In this document: positions 1-8,726 of the stretch, piece after piece
Position numbering within the stretch: position 1 is the first letter of the stretch
Layout: the number at the start of each line of letters is the position of its first letter
Assembly: GCA_963665275.2 (NCBI GenBank)
Contig: CAXXIN010000012.1
Span: forward strand, 84,330 to 148,329
Source of the DNA: Negativicutes bacterium
GTDB lineage: Bacteria > Bacillota > Negativicutes > UBA1444
Reading direction: 5' to 3'
Length of the DNA: 64,000 nucleotides
Program-made: the position numbers and the translations under genes
Notes under the pieces: generated by a model
Seen by the model: only the letters and a program-made list of their open reading frames with translations
The model's database searches: none
Told to the model about the DNA's origin: nothing

Positions 1-701
1 GTCGCTTTGTTCACTGCATTGACGCCGAGCCACGGCGCGCTGCCGTGCGAGGTCACGCCTTCGATCGTCACCAGCAGTTCGACCCGCCCCCGATGCCCCA
101 GATAGAGTTTGAGCGAAGTCGCTTCGCAGGAAACAACGCCGTCATAGTCCAGCCCCCGGCCTGGCAAAGTTTCATCAATCAGTTTGATCATGCCGAGCTG
201 TTCGGCTGGTTCTTCCAATACGACGCCCGTAAACATGTAATTGCCGTAGAGATCCTGACCCTGCTCCCGCAGCTTCAGCAGCAAGGCTCCAGCGTAAACC
301 TGACAGGCTCCGCCGCCTTTCACATCGGAGGCGGCCCGGCCATGAATGACTTCAACCTGCTCCGTCCCGGTGCGGTCCTGATTCTCCATCTCATCGATAT
401 CGAGGGCTGCGCCGTAGGGGTCATAACCCAACCATTCGGAGTGATCGCCTGGCGCCACATGATCCAGATGGGCATTGTACATGATCGTCGGGCCCGGTTG
501 GTTCCCCCGGACAATCCCCACGACACTGCCCCATTCATCCCGGAACACTTCGTCATAGCCAAGCTTCTCCATCTCGGCCAGATACAGATCCGCTACGCCC
601 TTTTCCTCACCCGGCAACGCCGGTACCCTGATCAGCCGGCGACAAAACTCCACTGCCGCCGGTTTCAGCTCGGCGGCAAGTTTATTCAACTCACTCGACA
701 T
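1..701 (-). CDS. M20 family metallo-hydrolase (YgeY/ArgE/DapE-like), 3' end runs off the window
   Basis: Not in the ORF track. Manual translation from ATG at 701 (RBS GGAGG): MSSELNKLAAELKPAAVEFCRRLIRVPALPGEE...MYNAHLDHV...IHGRAASDVKGG...VVLEEPAE...SCEATSLKLYLGHRGR...SHGSAPWLGVNA. M20 motifs HxD, D and EE are present. Confidence 0.88.
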   Translation of the reverse strand, partial: MSSELNKLAAELKPAAVEFCRRLIRVPALPGEEKGVADLYLAEMEKLGYDEVFRDEWGSVVGIVRGNQPGPTIMYNAHLDHVAPGDHSEWLGYDPYGAALDIDEMENQDRTGTEQVEVIHGRAASDVKGGGACQVYAGALLLKLREQGQDLYGNYMFTGVVLEEPAEQLGMIKLIDETLPGRGLDYDGVVSCEATSLKLYLGHRGRVELLVTIEGVTSHGSAPWLGVNAVNKA

Positions 702-714
702 GGTTATCCCTCCG

Positions 715-918
715 TTACTTGGTCGGCGGTTTCAGTGAAAATACCGATGCGGGCGCCAGCTCCGCCGGAAACTCTTGCGCCGCCGCGCGCACCGCCGCCA
801 ATAATCCCGCCACTTCTTTCGCATATTGGGGAAGGTGTGCGTCAATCGCAGGGTTCACCGTTCGACCGGATAGCTCGACTGTCATGCTGCGCAGTGTACT
901 TACTTCCACAATCCACAC
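715..918 (-). CDS. small protein, possible GatC/AtzG-like amidase accessory subunit
   Basis: 67-aa ORF fills the gap between the amidase and the M20 gene and overlaps the amidase stop. Helical core followed by a FPAELAPASVF tail; start uncertain (GTG 918 or 909). Confidence 0.55.
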   Translation of the reverse strand: MWIVEVSTLRSMTVELSGRTVNPAIDAHLPQYAKEVAGLLAAVRAAAQEFPAELAPASVFSLKPPTK

Positions 919-2324
919 TTCCTCTCGCTGATTTCCGGGTGCGCCTGTTCATAGGCATAAGCCACTTGAAACACTTGATTTTCCGCAAACGGTTTCCCCT
1001 GAATCTGAAACCCGATCGGCAAGTCCCCGGCAGCAAATCCGCACGGCAGCGACAGCACCGGGTGCCCGTTGAAATCGCCAAGGGAGGTCAAAAACATCAG
1101 TACCGCATTCACACGGGGATCTACCGCGTCGTTGCCGAACATCACCGTTTTTTCACCGATGGGGAAAGCCGGCATAATGACGGTGGGCGACAAGAACACA
1201 TCAATCTCCTGATAAACCTCCGCCCAGATCTGTCGGTCCTTGTTGCGCAGCCGTTGCGCGTTGACATAAGCCGACGCTGGCAGGTACTGGCCCTTCTCGA
1301 GTCGATATCGGATACTGGGGCCGTATTTCTCGCCGCAGTTCTCCAAATTCTGTTCGTGGTAAGCATAGGCTTCCGCCATCGTGAGAACGCTGCCGATATT
1401 GAACGCATCCCTGTTTGGATAAGACAGTTCCTTCAAAACAGCGCCATTAGCCTCGAACCATTGGAGTACCTGTAAAAAAGCCTGCTCGACTTCCGGTTGC
1501 AGCAAACCCTCATAATAACGCGGGCAAATTCCAACTCGCAGACCTTTGACGCCGGGATTATTTTGATCCAGCCCAACCGTATAATCCTGGGCGGCTACAT
1601 TAGCAGATCCCGCATCGATTTCATCATAGCCAGCCATGACATTCAGTACGGCAGCGGCATCCCATACGGACTGCGCCAGCGGTCCGGCGTGGTCCATCGA
1701 CCAGCTCAGGGGAATGATCCCCCGCTTGCTCACCCGGCCATACGTCGGTTTGATGCCGACCACGCCGCAGAAGGAAGCAGGAATCCTTATCGACCCGCCG
1801 GTATCCGTTCCCAGCGAAAAAACCGAACTGGCGGCAGCCACCGATGCCGCCGATCCCCCGCTGGAGCCGCCGGTTACCATGCGGGAATCCCACGGGTTGC
1901 GACAGGGACCGAAGTGGTCATTCTCACTGGTCGTGCCATAGGCGAATTCATGCAGGTTGTTTTTGCCGACCAGAATGGCCCCGGCTTCTTCCATCCCTTC
2001 AATCACGGCAGCATTCGAATCCGGTATGTTGTCGGCCAGAATCGCCGATCCCGCCGTTGTCCGCACGCCCCGAGTCATATACAGATCTTTGGCTGAGTAC
2101 GGGATTCCATGTAGCGGGCCGCGGTAACGCCCCTGCAGGATTTCTTTTTCCGCCTGCGCCGCTTTTTGCAGCGCCGGCTCAGCTGTCACCGTAATATAAG
2201 CGTTAAGTACGGGTTCAGTTGCTTCGATGCGTTGCAGACATTCCCGGGTCAGCTCCACCGGCGATATTGTTTTTGCTTGCAGCAGCGGCGCCAATTCCCG
2301 GATAGATTTTTGCATTAGCGACAT
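900..2324 (-). CDS. amidase signature family enzyme (GatA/AtzE-like)
   Basis: SAKD Lys, GGSSGGS and GTDTGGSIR give the Ser-cisSer-Lys triad. ATG at 2324 follows RBS AAGGAG. Confidence 0.92.
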   Translation of the reverse strand: MSLMQKSIRELAPLLQAKTISPVELTRECLQRIEATEPVLNAYITVTAEPALQKAAQAEKEILQGRYRGPLHGIPYSAKDLYMTRGVRTTAGSAILADNIPDSNAAVIEGMEEAGAILVGKNNLHEFAYGTTSENDHFGPCRNPWDSRMVTGGSSGGSAASVAAASSVFSLGTDTGGSIRIPASFCGVVGIKPTYGRVSKRGIIPLSWSMDHAGPLAQSVWDAAAVLNVMAGYDEIDAGSANVAAQDYTVGLDQNNPGVKGLRVGICPRYYEGLLQPEVEQAFLQVLQWFEANGAVLKELSYPNRDAFNIGSVLTMAEAYAYHEQNLENCGEKYGPSIRYRLEKGQYLPASAYVNAQRLRNKDRQIWAEVYQEIDVFLSPTVIMPAFPIGEKTVMFGNDAVDPRVNAVLMFLTSLGDFNGHPVLSLPCGFAAGDLPIGFQIQGKPFAENQVFQVAYAYEQAHPEISERKCGLWK

Positions 2325-2364
2325 GTCATCGGCTCCTTCCACGGTATTGATCCATTCGACTTAA

Positions 2365-3060
2365 TTATACCGTAAGATACCGATGAATGACTTCATCCGA
2401 CAATTCTTCCGTTGCTCCGCAAGCAACAATTTCGCCTTTTTGTATCACAATGAAGCGATCCGCCAGTTTCTTGGCAAACTTCAGATTTTGTTCCACGATC
2501 ACGATCGGAATCTGCATCGCCTTGTGGATGCGTTTCAAAATATTGCCGATCTCCGCCACCACATTCGGTTGAATTCCTTCGGTCGGTTCATCCAAAAGCA
2601 ATGTTTTCGGATGGCTCATCAGCGCGCGGGCGATGGCCAGCTGTTGCTGCTGCCCGCCGGAGAGCACGCCGCCCTTGCGGTGCAGATGTTCAGGCAGGAT
2701 CGGAAAATAGTCGAATACTTCCTCCATCCGTTCTTTGACCTCGCTCGTGTGCGCCAGGGCGCCAAGTTCCAGATTTTCTTTGACAGTCAGATTGGGAATG
2801 ATCTCTCGTCCCTGCGGCACATAGGCAATCCCGCTGCAGGCCCGTTCGTAGGCTTTCATCTTCGTCAGGTTGACACTGCCGAGACTGATAGACCCCGTCT
2901 GCATCGGCAACAGTCCAATCATGCTTTTGAGCAGAGTCGTCTTGCCAACGCCATTGCGGCCGAGAATCGCCAGTTTCTCCGTGGAATCGACAGCGAAAGA
3001 GACTTTGTTCACGATACGGCTTTTGCCGTAACTGACCGAAACCGCGTTCACTTCCAGCAT
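2365..3060 (-). CDS. urtE: urea/short-chain amide ABC transporter ATP-binding subunit
   Basis: Walker A GRNGVGKT, LSGGQQQQ signature, and DEPTEGIQP typical of UrtE. Confidence 0.88.
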   Translation of the reverse strand: MLEVNAVSVSYGKSRIVNKVSFAVDSTEKLAILGRNGVGKTTLLKSMIGLLPMQTGSISLGSVNLTKMKAYERACSGIAYVPQGREIIPNLTVKENLELGALAHTSEVKERMEEVFDYFPILPEHLHRKGGVLSGGQQQQLAIARALMSHPKTLLLDEPTEGIQPNVVAEIGNILKRIHKAMQIPIVIVEQNLKFAKKLADRFIVIQKGEIVACGATEELSDEVIHRYLTV

Positions 3061-3061
3061 A

Positions 3062-3814
3062 TTAAGCCACTTCCTCGTCATCATCTTTCAGATACACTTG
3101 CACCACTTTGGGGTTGCGCTTGACCTCGGCAAAGGTTCCCTCCGCCAATACTTTTCCCTGATGCAGCACGGTCACGGTTTCCGCGATCTGCTCGACAAAA
3201 TCGATATCATGTTCCACCACGATGACGGTCTTGTCCTTCATCATAGTCTTGATCATTTCGCCGGTTTTATAGGTTTCATCAGCGGTCATTCCTGCTGTGG
3301 GCTCGTCCAGTGTGATCAGTTGGGGCTTCTGGGCAATGACCATGCCCATCTCGAGCCACTGTCGCTCGCCGTGTGACAGGGAGGTGGAAATCACATCCCG
3401 TTTGCCGTATAAATTGATCTGTTCCAGAATTGTTTTGATTTCATCGGCAATCGATTTGTTCTTGCGGTAGAGAAAGGTCTTCAGGACACTACTGTGCCCT
3501 GCCAGCGCCACTTCAACGTTTTCATACACACTGAGAAAATCAAACAGATTGGGCCCCTGAAATTTGCGTCCCACTTTATATTTCCCGGCAATTTCATGCG
3601 GGCTGCAACCAGTGATATCCGCTCCGCCGAGAAATACTTTACCGCTCGTCGGTGCTGTTTTGCCTGTGATCATATCGATAATGGTAGTTTTTCCTGCGCC
3701 GTTTGGCCCAATGACTACCCGGGTTTCGCCTTTTTCCACTGATAGGGAAACCCGATCCACCGCCAGAAATCCGCTGAAACTCACGCTCACATCCCGCAAT
3801 TCCAAGAAAGCCAT
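3062..3814 (-). CDS. urtD: urea/short-chain amide ABC transporter ATP-binding subunit
   Basis: GPNGAGKT, GRKFQ, LSHGERQWLEMGM and DEPTAGM are UrtD-type motifs. Confidence 0.88.
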   Translation of the reverse strand: MAFLELRDVSVSFSGFLAVDRVSLSVEKGETRVVIGPNGAGKTTIIDMITGKTAPTSGKVFLGGADITGCSPHEIAGKYKVGRKFQGPNLFDFLSVYENVEVALAGHSSVLKTFLYRKNKSIADEIKTILEQINLYGKRDVISTSLSHGERQWLEMGMVIAQKPQLITLDEPTAGMTADETYKTGEMIKTMMKDKTVIVVEHDIDFVEQIAETVTVLHQGKVLAEGTFAEVKRNPKVVQVYLKDDDEEVA

Positions 3815-3817
3815 TCC

Positions 3818-4930
3818 TTACACCTTTCCCTTCGCCGTGGCAAAATCGCTTTCCCGCAATCCCACAGAATCGTCGGTTTGAACCAGTCCCATTTGCCGGT
3901 CAATCTTCCGGTTATACTGCCAATCCAGTAAGGTTCCGACCAGCCCTTTGGGGAAGAACATCACGACCGCCAGCATCGCGGCGCCGAGCAACAACAGCCA
4001 GACATTTTCAAATTGCTCGGACAACAGGCTTTCCATCCAGGTGATCAGAAAGGCGCCGACCATGGCGCCGGTCAGATTGCCCCGGCCGCCAACCGCCAGC
4101 CACACCAGTACCGACGTGGAAAAAGCCACGCCGATGTTGCCGGGGGAAATGAAGGAATGGATCGGAATGTATAACATGCCGGATAAGCCGGCGATCATGC
4201 CCGAAATCACAAAAATCGTCAATTTGAATGCCGCCGGATTGAATCCGAGAAACTGTAGCCGGCTCTCATTATCGCGCACCGAACGCAGAATCATGCCGAA
4301 CCGGCTGTGCGTCAACCAGCGGCAGAAGAGATACACCAACACTCCGACAGCCAGCATCAGATAATAGTGCGCGGTGATCGACAACGGCTCCGAACCCAGG
4401 GTGATCGGCGGCAGTCCGCTGATCCCGTTCGCGCCGCCGGTATATTTCTGCTGATTGTTAAAGAACATTTCGATCAAAGAGGCCAGGGACAGGGTGATGA
4501 TGTTAAAGAACACCCCCTTGACCTTGCTGGTGAAAATGAAATAACCGAGCAGGCCTGCCACTACGCCAGGAACGACCATTCCCAGCAACACCGCCAACGG
4601 GGTGTTTTGCAGTATCTGCATGAACCAGGGAACTTCCGTCACGCCAAATCCGGCCATGAACGCAGGCACTCCGTCGCGGGCGGCATAAGACAATGCCAGC
4701 ACATATCCGCCCAAGCCGAAGAACATCGCCTGCCCCAGATTCATCAAGCCCGCACTGCCCCAGAGAATATCGAGAGACAAAGCAAAGATGATGTACACGA
4801 TGCATTTGCTCATCATCTCCACCCGGAACAGCGACCCGACCAGTGGAAACCCGATCAGAAAGGCAAACAACAGCACGTCGATATATTTGTCCCAGCCAAT
4901 ATTTTTCATTTCCTTCATCATGACGCTCAC
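3818..4930 (-). CDS. urtC: urea/amide ABC transporter permease
   Basis: Multi-TM LivM/UrtC-type protein: LSLDILWG, TGGANGI, RDNESR, VAVGGRG-like motif. Confidence 0.85.
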   Translation of the reverse strand: MSVMMKEMKNIGWDKYIDVLLFAFLIGFPLVGSLFRVEMMSKCIVYIIFALSLDILWGSAGLMNLGQAMFFGLGGYVLALSYAARDGVPAFMAGFGVTEVPWFMQILQNTPLAVLLGMVVPGVVAGLLGYFIFTSKVKGVFFNIITLSLASLIEMFFNNQQKYTGGANGISGLPPITLGSEPLSITAHYYLMLAVGVLVYLFCRWLTHSRFGMILRSVRDNESRLQFLGFNPAAFKLTIFVISGMIAGLSGMLYIPIHSFISPGNIGVAFSTSVLVWLAVGGRGNLTGAMVGAFLITWMESLLSEQFENVWLLLLGAAMLAVVMFFPKGLVGTLLDWQYNRKIDRQMGLVQTDDSVGLRESDFATAKGKV

Positions 4931-5787
4931 CTCTTCTCGCTTGTAAACAAGCCTTCCGGCTTGAACCGGATCAGTACGATGATAATGAGGAACACCAGGA
5001 CTTTGGCCGTGATCTCACTGATGTAACCGGCCATCACCGTGACGGATTCGCTGATAACCACCGAGCTGGCGGCCGTGCCGGCGATGGAGGCGAAGCCTCC
5101 CAGCACAACGGTCAGAAATCCATCCACAATGTAATAGGAACCCATCGAAGGCATGACGCTCTTTACCGGCGCGATCAGCGCTCCCGCCAGGCCCGCCAGG
5201 CCGGAACCGCAGGCGAAAGTCAGGGTATCAATCCGTGCGGTATTCACGCCCAGGCATTGCGCCATGCTGCGATTCTTCGTCACTGCCCGCAGCTGCATGC
5301 CAAAACCAGTCTTGTAAAAGAGCGCCAGCGTGGCCGCGAGGATTCCCAACGCAACCATGATCAGAAAAATGTTGTAGTGCGGTATCACGATGCCTTGCAA
5401 TGAAAAATGCCCTTCCATCGGCAGACCAACGAACTTGTCTTCAGGACCGAAGGCCATACGCACCAATTGCTGCAAAATGATGGAAAGGGCAAAGGTCGCC
5501 AGCAGCGTTTCCGCAACTTTTCCATACAAACGCTTGATTAACGTCACTTCAATCACAATACCCATCAGAGCAGTGACCAGAAACGCCAGCAGCATCGACA
5601 CAGCAAACGGCAAGTGAAAAACGGTGGTCGCGAAATAGGTAACATACGCACCAATCATGATGAACTCTCCGTGCGCCATATTGACTACATCCATCAAGCC
5701 GAAAATGATCACCAAACCCAATGCCGTGATGAACAACATGGCCGATACGCTCAGTCCGTTGATGCTCTGTGAAAGGAGAAGTTCCAT
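4927..5787 (-). CDS. urtB: urea/amide ABC transporter permease
   Basis: FGLMDVVNMAHGEFIMIGAY (LivH/UrtB motif), ETLLATF. Confidence 0.85.
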   Translation of the reverse strand: MELLLSQSINGLSVSAMLFITALGLVIIFGLMDVVNMAHGEFIMIGAYVTYFATTVFHLPFAVSMLLAFLVTALMGIVIEVTLIKRLYGKVAETLLATFALSIILQQLVRMAFGPEDKFVGLPMEGHFSLQGIVIPHYNIFLIMVALGILAATLALFYKTGFGMQLRAVTKNRSMAQCLGVNTARIDTLTFACGSGLAGLAGALIAPVKSVMPSMGSYYIVDGFLTVVLGGFASIAGTAASSVVISESVTVMAGYISEITAKVLVFLIIIVLIRFKPEGLFTSEKR

Positions 5788-5835
5788 GCACCGATCACTC
5801 CCCTACCCTTGATTCATTGTGGCTAAAAGCATTAA

Positions 5836-5876
5836 TGCGCCTGCCAAAAGCTATCATTAAACTTTTGGCAAGCGCA
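5836..5876 (-). other. intergenic stem-loop after the binding-protein gene (mRNA stabiliser or partial terminator)
   Basis: Inverted repeat TGCGC-c-TGCCAAAAG ... CTTTTGGCA-a-GCGCA with no U-tract. Confidence 0.5.
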
Positions 5877-5935
5877 CTTCGTCGTGTCAGATTATCCTAT
5901 TCGTTTGTAAAAAACCGCTAATTGATTCGAAGAGC

Positions 5936-7132
5936 TTACAGTTCCGGTTTCACCCATTCTTTGGAGCTGTATACGATTTCAAACGTTCCGTCGGGTTTGA
6001 CCTTGCCGATACGGGACTGTAGCCAAGTATGGTTATTGGTCGGATCAACCTTGATTTTCCCTTGCGGCGATTCGATTTCCAACCCCTTGAAAGCGCTGAG
6101 CAGAGTCGGTCCGTCATAGGCAGTCGCTTTTTCCAATGCTTTGGCCAGCAAATAGACACCATGGTAAGCGCCTTCAGCCAGATTGGTTACGGTGGTGTTG
6201 TCCTGGAATTTACTGTTGTAAGCAGCGACGAACTTCTTACTCGCAGCGGTTTCATCTACCTGGAAGTAATCGAAAGAGCTGTAGTGTCCGGCTGCGGCTG
6301 CCGCGCCGATCCCCTTGACCGTCGCTTCATGGGTCGCGATCGAGCAGATTGGGATATCTTTGGCGGAAAGTCCGTACTGTTGATATTGTTTGTAGAAAGG
6401 AACCACGCTGTCACCGGCGACCGCCGAGAAGATCACATCCGGTTTAGCCTGCTTGATTTTATTGATCAGGGAGGAGAACTCCGTATGACCCAGCGGTACG
6501 AATTCTTCGCCGACGATTTCACCACCGGCTTTCTCCAGCATCGCTTTGGCCTTCTTGACGCTCGTTACGCCAAACACATAGTCTGAACCGACGAAGAAGA
6601 CTTTCTTGCCGAGGTTCTTCACGATCCAGGGGATGAAATCAGCGCTCTGCTGGCTGGGAACCGAGTTGGTATAGATGACATTGGGGGAAGGTTTTTCACC
6701 TTCATAATAAGTATTGTAGACCAACACCGACTTGTTGCGCTCCACATCCGGGATAACGGCCAGGCGGGAGGCGGAAGAATTGGTGCCGACGGTGGCGACG
6801 ACTTTGTCCTGCAGAATCAGCTTTTTGATTTTCTCTGTGGCCTTCGCCGGATCAGAAGCGTAATCTTCATAAACAGGAATCAGTTTTTTGCCTTTGATTC
6901 CGCCAGCGGCGTTGATCTCATCGATCGCCATTTTCGCGGCGTTAAGCATCGGCTTTTCCGAAATAGAGAAAGGCCCGGTGGTCGAGTAAAGCACGCCGAT
7001 TTTGATTCCATCAGCCGCAGCGGCGTCTGTCCCGCCTTTGGCCGGGGTCGTTTCCGACTTGCCGCAGCCGGCGAGCACCGTTATTGCCATTGCCGCCACC
7101 AAAAGTAATATCAGCCATTTCTTTGTCGCCAT
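5936..7132 (-). CDS. urtA: urea/amide ABC transporter substrate-binding lipoprotein (UrtA/AmiC family)
   Basis: Lipobox LAGC; IGVLYSTTG, DYASDP, SSASR, YYEG; first gene of a urt-type operon. Confidence 0.85.
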   Translation of the reverse strand: MATKKWLILLLVAAMAITVLAGCGKSETTPAKGGTDAAAADGIKIGVLYSTTGPFSISEKPMLNAAKMAIDEINAAGGIKGKKLIPVYEDYASDPAKATEKIKKLILQDKVVATVGTNSSASRLAVIPDVERNKSVLVYNTYYEGEKPSPNVIYTNSVPSQQSADFIPWIVKNLGKKVFFVGSDYVFGVTSVKKAKAMLEKAGGEIVGEEFVPLGHTEFSSLINKIKQAKPDVIFSAVAGDSVVPFYKQYQQYGLSAKDIPICSIATHEATVKGIGAAAAAGHYSSFDYFQVDETAASKKFVAAYNSKFQDNTTVTNLAEGAYHGVYLLAKALEKATAYDGPTLLSAFKGLEIESPQGKIKVDPTNNHTWLQSRIGKVKPDGTFEIVYSSKEWVKPEL

Positions 7133-7163
7133 CGATTCTTCCTCCTAACGCTATTGCACCTTT

Positions 7164-7209
7164 AAAAACAAAACAGACTTTGTTCCTGCGAACAAAGCCT
7201 CATTGCTTT
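7164..7209 (-). promoter_or_regulatory. ANTAR-type RNA hairpin overlapping an intrinsic terminator in the urtA leader
   Basis: Minus strand AAAGC-AATGAG-GCTTT (7209-7194; matches AGCAANGRRGCY). Its 3' arm is shared with the terminator AGGCTTTGTTC-GCAG-GAACAAAGTCT-GTTTTGTTTTT. Confidence 0.72.
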
Positions 7210-7252
7210 TACCTGTGTCCATTATATCGGGGCGATTGCCCTGTTGAGATAG

Positions 7253-7281
7253 ATTATAGCATCGTAAAATTTCAAACACAA
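7253..7281 (-). promoter_or_regulatory. putative sigmaA promoter of the urt-amidase operon
   Basis: TTGTGT-17 nt-TATAAT with an extended TGn motif (TGcTATAAT). Confidence 0.55.
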
Positions 7282-7459
7282 TAGATGCAGCAAACAAACA
7301 ACCCTGTGCGGACGCACAATCGATCATAAAACAGATACTATCCGAAAGTATACTATTTATCTTTTCCCAGCCAGTTTCAGACTCCCGCAATATGGTCATT
7401 AATTCCACAAATTTCATCCACAACGATGATTGCCGTATCGGAGTTGTTTTGAATTCGCA

Positions 7460-8052
7460 TCATGGGTGATTGCTCCTTGCTTCCTCGACGGCCATCATCA
7501 GAAAGCCGCCAAAAGCAGCATTATCAACGCGTAGCAGTTCATTTACTTCCTGTTTCATCAGCATGATCTGCTCACGGCATGCCTGCTAAAATGCGCGATG
7601 ATTCCATTCACGGTTGTCGGCTTGATGAATGCCTCGATACTGGGCCGGTAATAGATCGGGTAACCCGTCAACAGCGGCCATTTCGCAACTTTATATTCCT
7701 GCAGCAGGCCCGTCGTCAACCCAAACCCCTTTGCCTGGTCTCCATGCAGAAATCCTTTCAGCCCGTAGGCCAAGTGTTCTTTTTCATCGGCACTCATGGA
7801 ATGCACCGCATCACGAAATTTTGGCTTTTCAAAAATCGAGACTAAAGATGACTGGCTGACAATTTTGATCATAGATTCGGCAATGGAGGTAGCACTGTGG
7901 AATTGTTCCGGCGCGAAGCTTTCCTGCGCCATTTTTATCATCTTCGGCACCTTGTGCTTCTTCACGATTTCAAGCATGTCCGGGTGGGAAAACCCGCCTG
8001 GATACTGAGCCAGAAAGCGACCTTCGGCTTCTCTAAGTTTCGTGCTGTTCAT
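7460..8052 (-). pseudogene. conserved-looking hypothetical protein disrupted near the 3' end (frameshift or deletion)
   Basis: The ORF 8052-7558 ends in HFSRHAVSRSC. A protein-like continuation REQIMLMKQEVNELLRVDNAAFGGFLMMAVEEARSNHP* runs in another frame to 7460. Confidence 0.55.
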
Positions 8053-8121
8053 TCTTTCATCTTCCCATCAATGATGCCACTGTCAGCGTTTACTTTCTCT
8101 CCTGTTAGCTTTGTCGCAAGG

Positions 8122-8595
8122 TTATTCTGACGAATCGACAGACTCTGCGATCAGTTCTTCTTCACGCTCATTCAACGATGAATATATTTTGAACCGTTGT
8201 TTAGTCTGTCGATGCGTGGCGTATCCGATAAAGACAGAGTCGTTGCCATCGTCTTTGCGACTACTCTTTTTTAGGCTGCCAATGTTGGACAGCTTAAGAA
8301 TAGTCTTATTGAGTTGTTGAATCCGCTCCTCAAGTCGCTTGGCTGCAGATTCCAGCGTGAAACCTTGATCCAAAAAGTCTTTCAGTAATACAATTTTCTC
8401 GATAGTTGGGTAGTCGTATCTCCGATTGGTGCTGTCGTTGTCGCCTATCGCGCGGATGATCCCTTTTGTTTCCCAGTACCGAAGCTGCCTAGCCGATACG
8501 CCGGTGATTTCGGAAGTTTCACCAATCCCGACAATGATTCGTGACAGGATCGGTGAATCAAGTATCGTTGAAAGTGATGTTGATTTTTTTGCCAC
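8122..8595 (-). CDS. MerR family transcriptional regulator (GlnR/TnrA-like HTH)
   Basis: IGETSEITGVSARQLRYWETKGII...RRYD is a MerR winged HTH. Confidence 0.88.
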   Translation of the reverse strand: MAKKSTSLSTILDSPILSRIIVGIGETSEITGVSARQLRYWETKGIIRAIGDNDSTNRRYDYPTIEKIVLLKDFLDQGFTLESAAKRLEERIQQLNKTILKLSNIGSLKKSSRKDDGNDSVFIGYATHRQTKQRFKIYSSLNEREEELIAESVDSSE

Positions 8596-8634
8596 AATAT
8601 CAGTCCTTTACGCAGTTTTGCTTATTATAATATA

Positions 8635-8693
8635 TGTTAGAATGTTTTTCAACCTTGTAAGATATATTGACATTAATGTAAGATTCGATTACA
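8635..8693. promoter_or_regulatory. three phased GlnR/TnrA-type operator boxes overlapping a sigmaA-like promoter
   Basis: TGTAA-N7-TGACA (8656-8672) and TGTAA-N7-TTACA (8677-8693) are perfect TGTNA-N7-TNACA boxes; TGTTA-N7-TTTCA (8635-8651) has one mismatch. TTGACA (8667)-17-TACACT (8690) on the + strand. Confidence 0.7.
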
Positions 8694-8726
8694 CTAAAAA
8701 TAGTTCTATTTAGGGAGGCGATTGGC

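Noticed and set aside
45-1475. 476-aa plus-strand ORF
   Set aside because: Antisense shadow of the amidase, small ORF and M20 genes; it has no motifs, and the minus-strand frames carry clear family signatures.
7151-7423. 90-aa minus-strand ORF upstream of urtA
   Set aside because: Runs across the promoter, ANTAR hairpin and terminator, and the sequence is not protein-like.
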